Below, piece after piece: positions 9,250 to 12,589 of a DNA stretch of 12,589 nucleotides. Origin of the DNA: Amoeboradix gromovi X-113 (Eukaryota > Fungi > Sanchytriomycota). Position numbers and translations under genes: made by a program. Each line of letters begins with the position of its first letter. The first letter of the stretch is position 1. The notes under the pieces are model-generated. The model was given only the letters and a program-made list of their open reading frames with translations. It made no database searches and was not told the origin of the DNA. The stretch spans positions 1 through 12,589 of the forward strand of contig JADGIF010000259.1 in the NCBI GenBank assembly GCA_018985225.1, written 5' to 3'.

Positions 9250-9330
9250 TATTCAGCCATTCATGTTTGTTAAATCACCATATACGCTCGCAGCTGCGAA
9301 AGCATTGGATTCAATTGGAAAACCAACACT
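9250..9330 (-). pseudogene. Possible degenerate ankyrin-like repeat fragment
   Basis: GFPIESNAFAAASVYGDLTNM, followed after a 1-nt shift by WLNS, resembles GCPW..TF..AA..GNLENMKWL-type ankyrin repeats. Single repeat only. Confidence 0.3.
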
Positions 9331-9472
9331 CTAAAGAAAACATATCTATGGTATGTCGCCTTAAGCAATGACAATCCTATACGAAGAGGTCTAGCATAAA
9401 AAATTAAAAATTTTACTTCACTTTTCTTAGTATTTTTCATTTTACCAAAACTCTATGTTACTTTGGCTCGAA

Positions 9473-9685
9473 AGAGCTCAAAGCAATTCGAGAACCCCAC
9501 ATATGATGTGAATGGACGCCTCTAGAATCAAGACATTAGAATTGTATCAATAGCTCTTAAACTGCATCATCTGTGCATTTATGAGTCATCCTAGAAGAGT
9601 TCTGTTTACATATTAGCAACAGTTTAAACACCTGTAGTGATTTTCTGCATCCAAGGACACATCTTGCAAAACTTCCTTGAAACTG
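9473..9685 (+). repeat. Dispersed direct repeat, copy B (213 bp), ending 3 nt before the DIS3 ATG
   Basis: About 96% identical to 5864-6078 and followed by GGG-ATG. Confidence 0.95.
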
Positions 9686-9688
9686 GGG

Positions 9689-12497
9689 ATGTTGTGTAAA
9701 TTAGAAACCAAGTTCATAAAATCAAAGAGAACCAATAGGGTTGGCAAGGTGGTACGAGAAATATATTTGAGGGAAGACATAGCTTGCGGGATAGCAAGCT
9801 GTCCGACTTGCAAGCAAGATTTTGGTGGAATTGGAAATAATATTATAATTCTAAGCGCGAAAGTGATTGAAAAACAAATTGATGCGTTAGAGAGTGAATT
9901 TATGAATAACATGATAATACCAATGTCTCAGCTAGATTTGTTATCAAATGTAATTAAAAAGAGAATCATGAACATAATCGAGCAGCCTAATAGAAAGTGT
10001 TTGCTATATCCTGACAAATTTTTTCTAAAGGTATATATCGAGCGGGAGCCTACCGAATCTAAAGAGGCATTTGAGTTTCGTAAAATGGAGAAATTATTGG
10101 AATACTACAGGCAGCACTGCAAATACATTAGCAACCTCACTAATGTGGATCTTAGTGTACACTTAATCGCAGAGTCCACGAGTGACAGTATTATTACACT
10201 TTATGATTATGCTCAGTTGATGAATTTGGACCAAGTGCTGGATCTGATATCTAATAGTGTTCATGTTGATAGTGACTTTGAACATAAGCCTCACGTTACT
10301 GAAGAGGAGATGTATAAGATGATTGAATCCAACAAAGCTTTTATCGGTAAACTGCAAGTTTCTAACTACAACTGTTTTCAAGGATCCATTTCAATTGAAA
10401 ATAAAAACATTGTATCTAAAATGATAATGGTAGTCGGTATGGAAGATATGAATAGAGCCGTTAACGGTGATTTGGTCGCTGTGGAGATTTACGACTGTTT
10501 TAATCTTATGGACGAGACCATAAACGATGATAACAATGCGGTGGAGCAATCGGCAGAATCTTCTGAGAAAGTAGAGCTGAATATTCCCAAGGGAAGAATT
10601 ATTCATATAATCAAAAGAAATCCAAAGAATCATGTTTGCTCATTAGATGTTTCTAAACTAGACCCATCTCAATTAAATAACAAGAACGGAGTTGTTGTAC
10701 CCTGTATTCCTGTTGATAAGAAGATTCCTCGCATATATATTCGTACAAGACAATTAAAGCATCTTCGAGGTAAGCGAATTATTGTGTCAATAGATGACTG
10801 GAATATTAAGAACCGATTCCCATTAGGTCATTACGTTGAAACCATTGGAAGAATCGATGATAAGGAGAGTGAAGTTATGGCTATTCTATATGACCATGAA
10901 ATCAACAATGAGCCATTTAGTAAAAATAGCTTGGATGAAATGCCATCACCCTCATGGACTCCATCGATTGAGGACTATACTGATAGAGCTGTTTGGGGTT
11001 TTGACCCACCTAACAATGCTAAGCATTTAAAAGATATATCTAATAGCAGCGTATTGGTATGTAGTATTGATCCACCTGGTTGTACAGATATTGATGACAC
11101 TCTACATTGCTGCATCATAAATGAAAATTTAGTCCAAATTGGTGTACACATCGCTGATGTTACTCATTTTGTAAAACATTTGTCAACTACAGATTTAGAG
11201 GCCGCAAAGAGAGGCACAACTGTTTATTTGGTAGATAGAAGAATTGACATGTTGCCCGGTGTACTAGGTAGCAACATTTGTTCATTGAAACAAGATTTGC
11301 CAAGATTGGCATTCTCAGTTGTATGGGAAATGAATCCTCACACTTTAAAAATCCATAAAACTACTTTCTGCAAATCGGTTATTAAGAGTGTCGGGTCATT
11401 TACCTATGATCAAGCTCAATCTAAACTAGACTCCAATAGCAATGATCCTATTACTACATCATTAAAGATGTTAAATTCTGTAGCTCGGCTATTAAGGCAG
11501 AGAAGAATTCAGAATGGCGCATTAACACTTGCTAGTCCTGAAGTTCGATTTAAGCTAGAGAATGAAGCCCAGGACCCCGTTGATTTAGAGCTTAAGGAAT
11601 TAAAAGAGGCCAACCAGTTAGTAGAGGAGTATATGTTGATGGCTAATATAACGGTAGCGGATAGGTTATATGAGTACTTTCCATCTTTTGCATTGTTGAG
11701 ATGCCATCCTAAACCACCAGAAGATAATTTTAAGCAAGTGCAACAGTCATTAAATAAATTTGGATTCAAGGTTGATGTTAAGACATCAAAAGCGTTGGCA
11801 GACTCCTTGAATAGTTTGGTTATTCCAAATGATCCTTACTTTAATACTCTTACTAGAATTCTAGGTAACATGAATTAATTTAGTCACTCGTTGTATGTAT
11901 CAAGCCAAATACTTCTCCAGCGGAAGTGTTAGTTATGATGGATTTATGCATTATGGTTTGAGTTGCCCAATTTACACACATTTTACTTCTCCTATACGTA
12001 GATACGCGGATGTCATAGTGCATCGATTATTAGAATCTACAATTACGATGAACGCAGTGCCCAAAGAGCTTAAAGATAAACAGCTGATGAAAGAATTGTG
12101 TGATACAATAAACTACAGAAATCAACAGGCACAACATGCCAGCAGACAAAGTGTAGTATTATACACTCATATTTATTTCAGAGGAAAAGACATTCAGGAA
12201 GATGCATATATAATGAAGATAACAAAGAATGGAATAGTGATACTGATTCCCAAATATGGATTAGAGAGTGTAGCATATTTTGATGAATCGCAAATGATGA
12301 GTAGCAAAGTTGACTTAGAACAGCAGATGATCGAAGATGGGGAAGGAAATAAATTAAGACAATTGGAGAAGGTGAAAGTAAAAGCAGAAGTAGTCAACAC
12401 CAGTACAAATAAAGACATTCCAAATTGGAAGTTAGAGCTAACCATATTAGAACCACTCACGAATCTATTCAAAAGCAGGAAGATAAGAAAAATATAA
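9689..12497 (+). CDS. DIS3: Exosome catalytic subunit DIS3/RRP44, join(9689..11864,11884..12497), 929 aa
   Basis: [22 protein letters not shown] (CR3), [12 protein letters not shown] (CSD), [59 protein letters not shown] (RNB) and a C-terminal S1 domain. Splicing restores [17 protein letters not shown]. The start is placed at ATG 9689, not TTG 9677. Confidence 0.97.
11865..11883 (+). other. 19-nt GT-AG spliceosomal intron (phase 1) in DIS3
   Basis: GTAACATGAATTAATTTAG contains the in-frame stop, a TTAAT branch-like element and a TTTAG acceptor. Removal restores the frame and the conserved RIL-x-TRCM-x-QA-x-YF motif with no gap. Confidence 0.93.
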
Positions 12498-12503
12498 AAT
12501 AAA
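12498..12503 (+). promoter_or_regulatory. Candidate polyadenylation signal
   Basis: AATAAA directly follows the DIS3 TAA stop. It could be chance in AT-rich DNA. Confidence 0.4.
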
Positions 12504-12510
12504 TGCATAT

Positions 12511-12589
12511 GAGACATCAAATATAAAAACTGGACTAACTTTCAGTAACAGCTTGGAACATTATTTCAGCTTTATTACTTTATGGATTT
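12511..12589 (-). mobile_element. Partial, more diverged MITE copy (right arm, inverted), cut by the window end
   Basis: GAGACATCAAATATAAAAACTGGACTAACTTTC... matches the reverse complement of 8764-8821 at 48/58 nt. It starts 13 nt after the DIS3 stop. Confidence 0.8.

Noticed and set aside
9190-9260. Stop-codon reassignment suggested by in-frame TGAs in relics
   Set aside because: PA200 ends at TGA right after its conserved tail, DIS3 ends at TAA, and long conserved frames show no scattered internal stops. The standard code suffices.
9677-9688. TTG start of the 733-aa ORF
   Set aside because: Eukaryotic gene; the TTG lies in repeat copy B and ATG 9689 matches the Dis3 N-terminus.
11895-12497. 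Separate 200-aa gene
   Set aside because: It is exon 2 of DIS3; the break falls inside the RNB domain.
1-12589. CRISPR array, tRNA, rRNA or telomeric repeats
   Set aside because: No regularly spaced repeats, cloverleaf, rRNA-like sequence or telomere tracts seen by eye.

Overview
AT-rich eukaryotic nuclear DNA, probably from a compact-genome microbial eukaryote; the taxon cannot be fixed from sequence alone. Two housekeeping genes flank a ~5 kb accessory zone. On the left is a shortened PA200/Blm10 proteasome activator (253-4456, +) broken by a one-base frame discontinuity at AAA-TGA (3178-3183). On the right is DIS3/RRP44 (9689-12497, +), which has a 19-nt GT-AG intron, an intact RNB exonuclease site and an apparently dead PIN endonuclease. 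The middle holds a HeLo/4HB-like + Sel1-repeat gene, a transposon-like relic, an orphan ORF and a Ulp1/SENP protease pseudogene split by a complete 278-bp MITE (24-bp TIRs, 10-bp TSD). A ~215-bp piece of the relic is also copied 3 nt upstream of the DIS3 ATG. Partial copies of the same MITE sit at both window ends. Most notable: evidence for 19-20-nt spliceosomal introns in up to three genes, and a strong strand-skew reversal inside PA200 that also shifts its amino-acid composition. All homolog comparisons are from recalled family motifs, not database searches.
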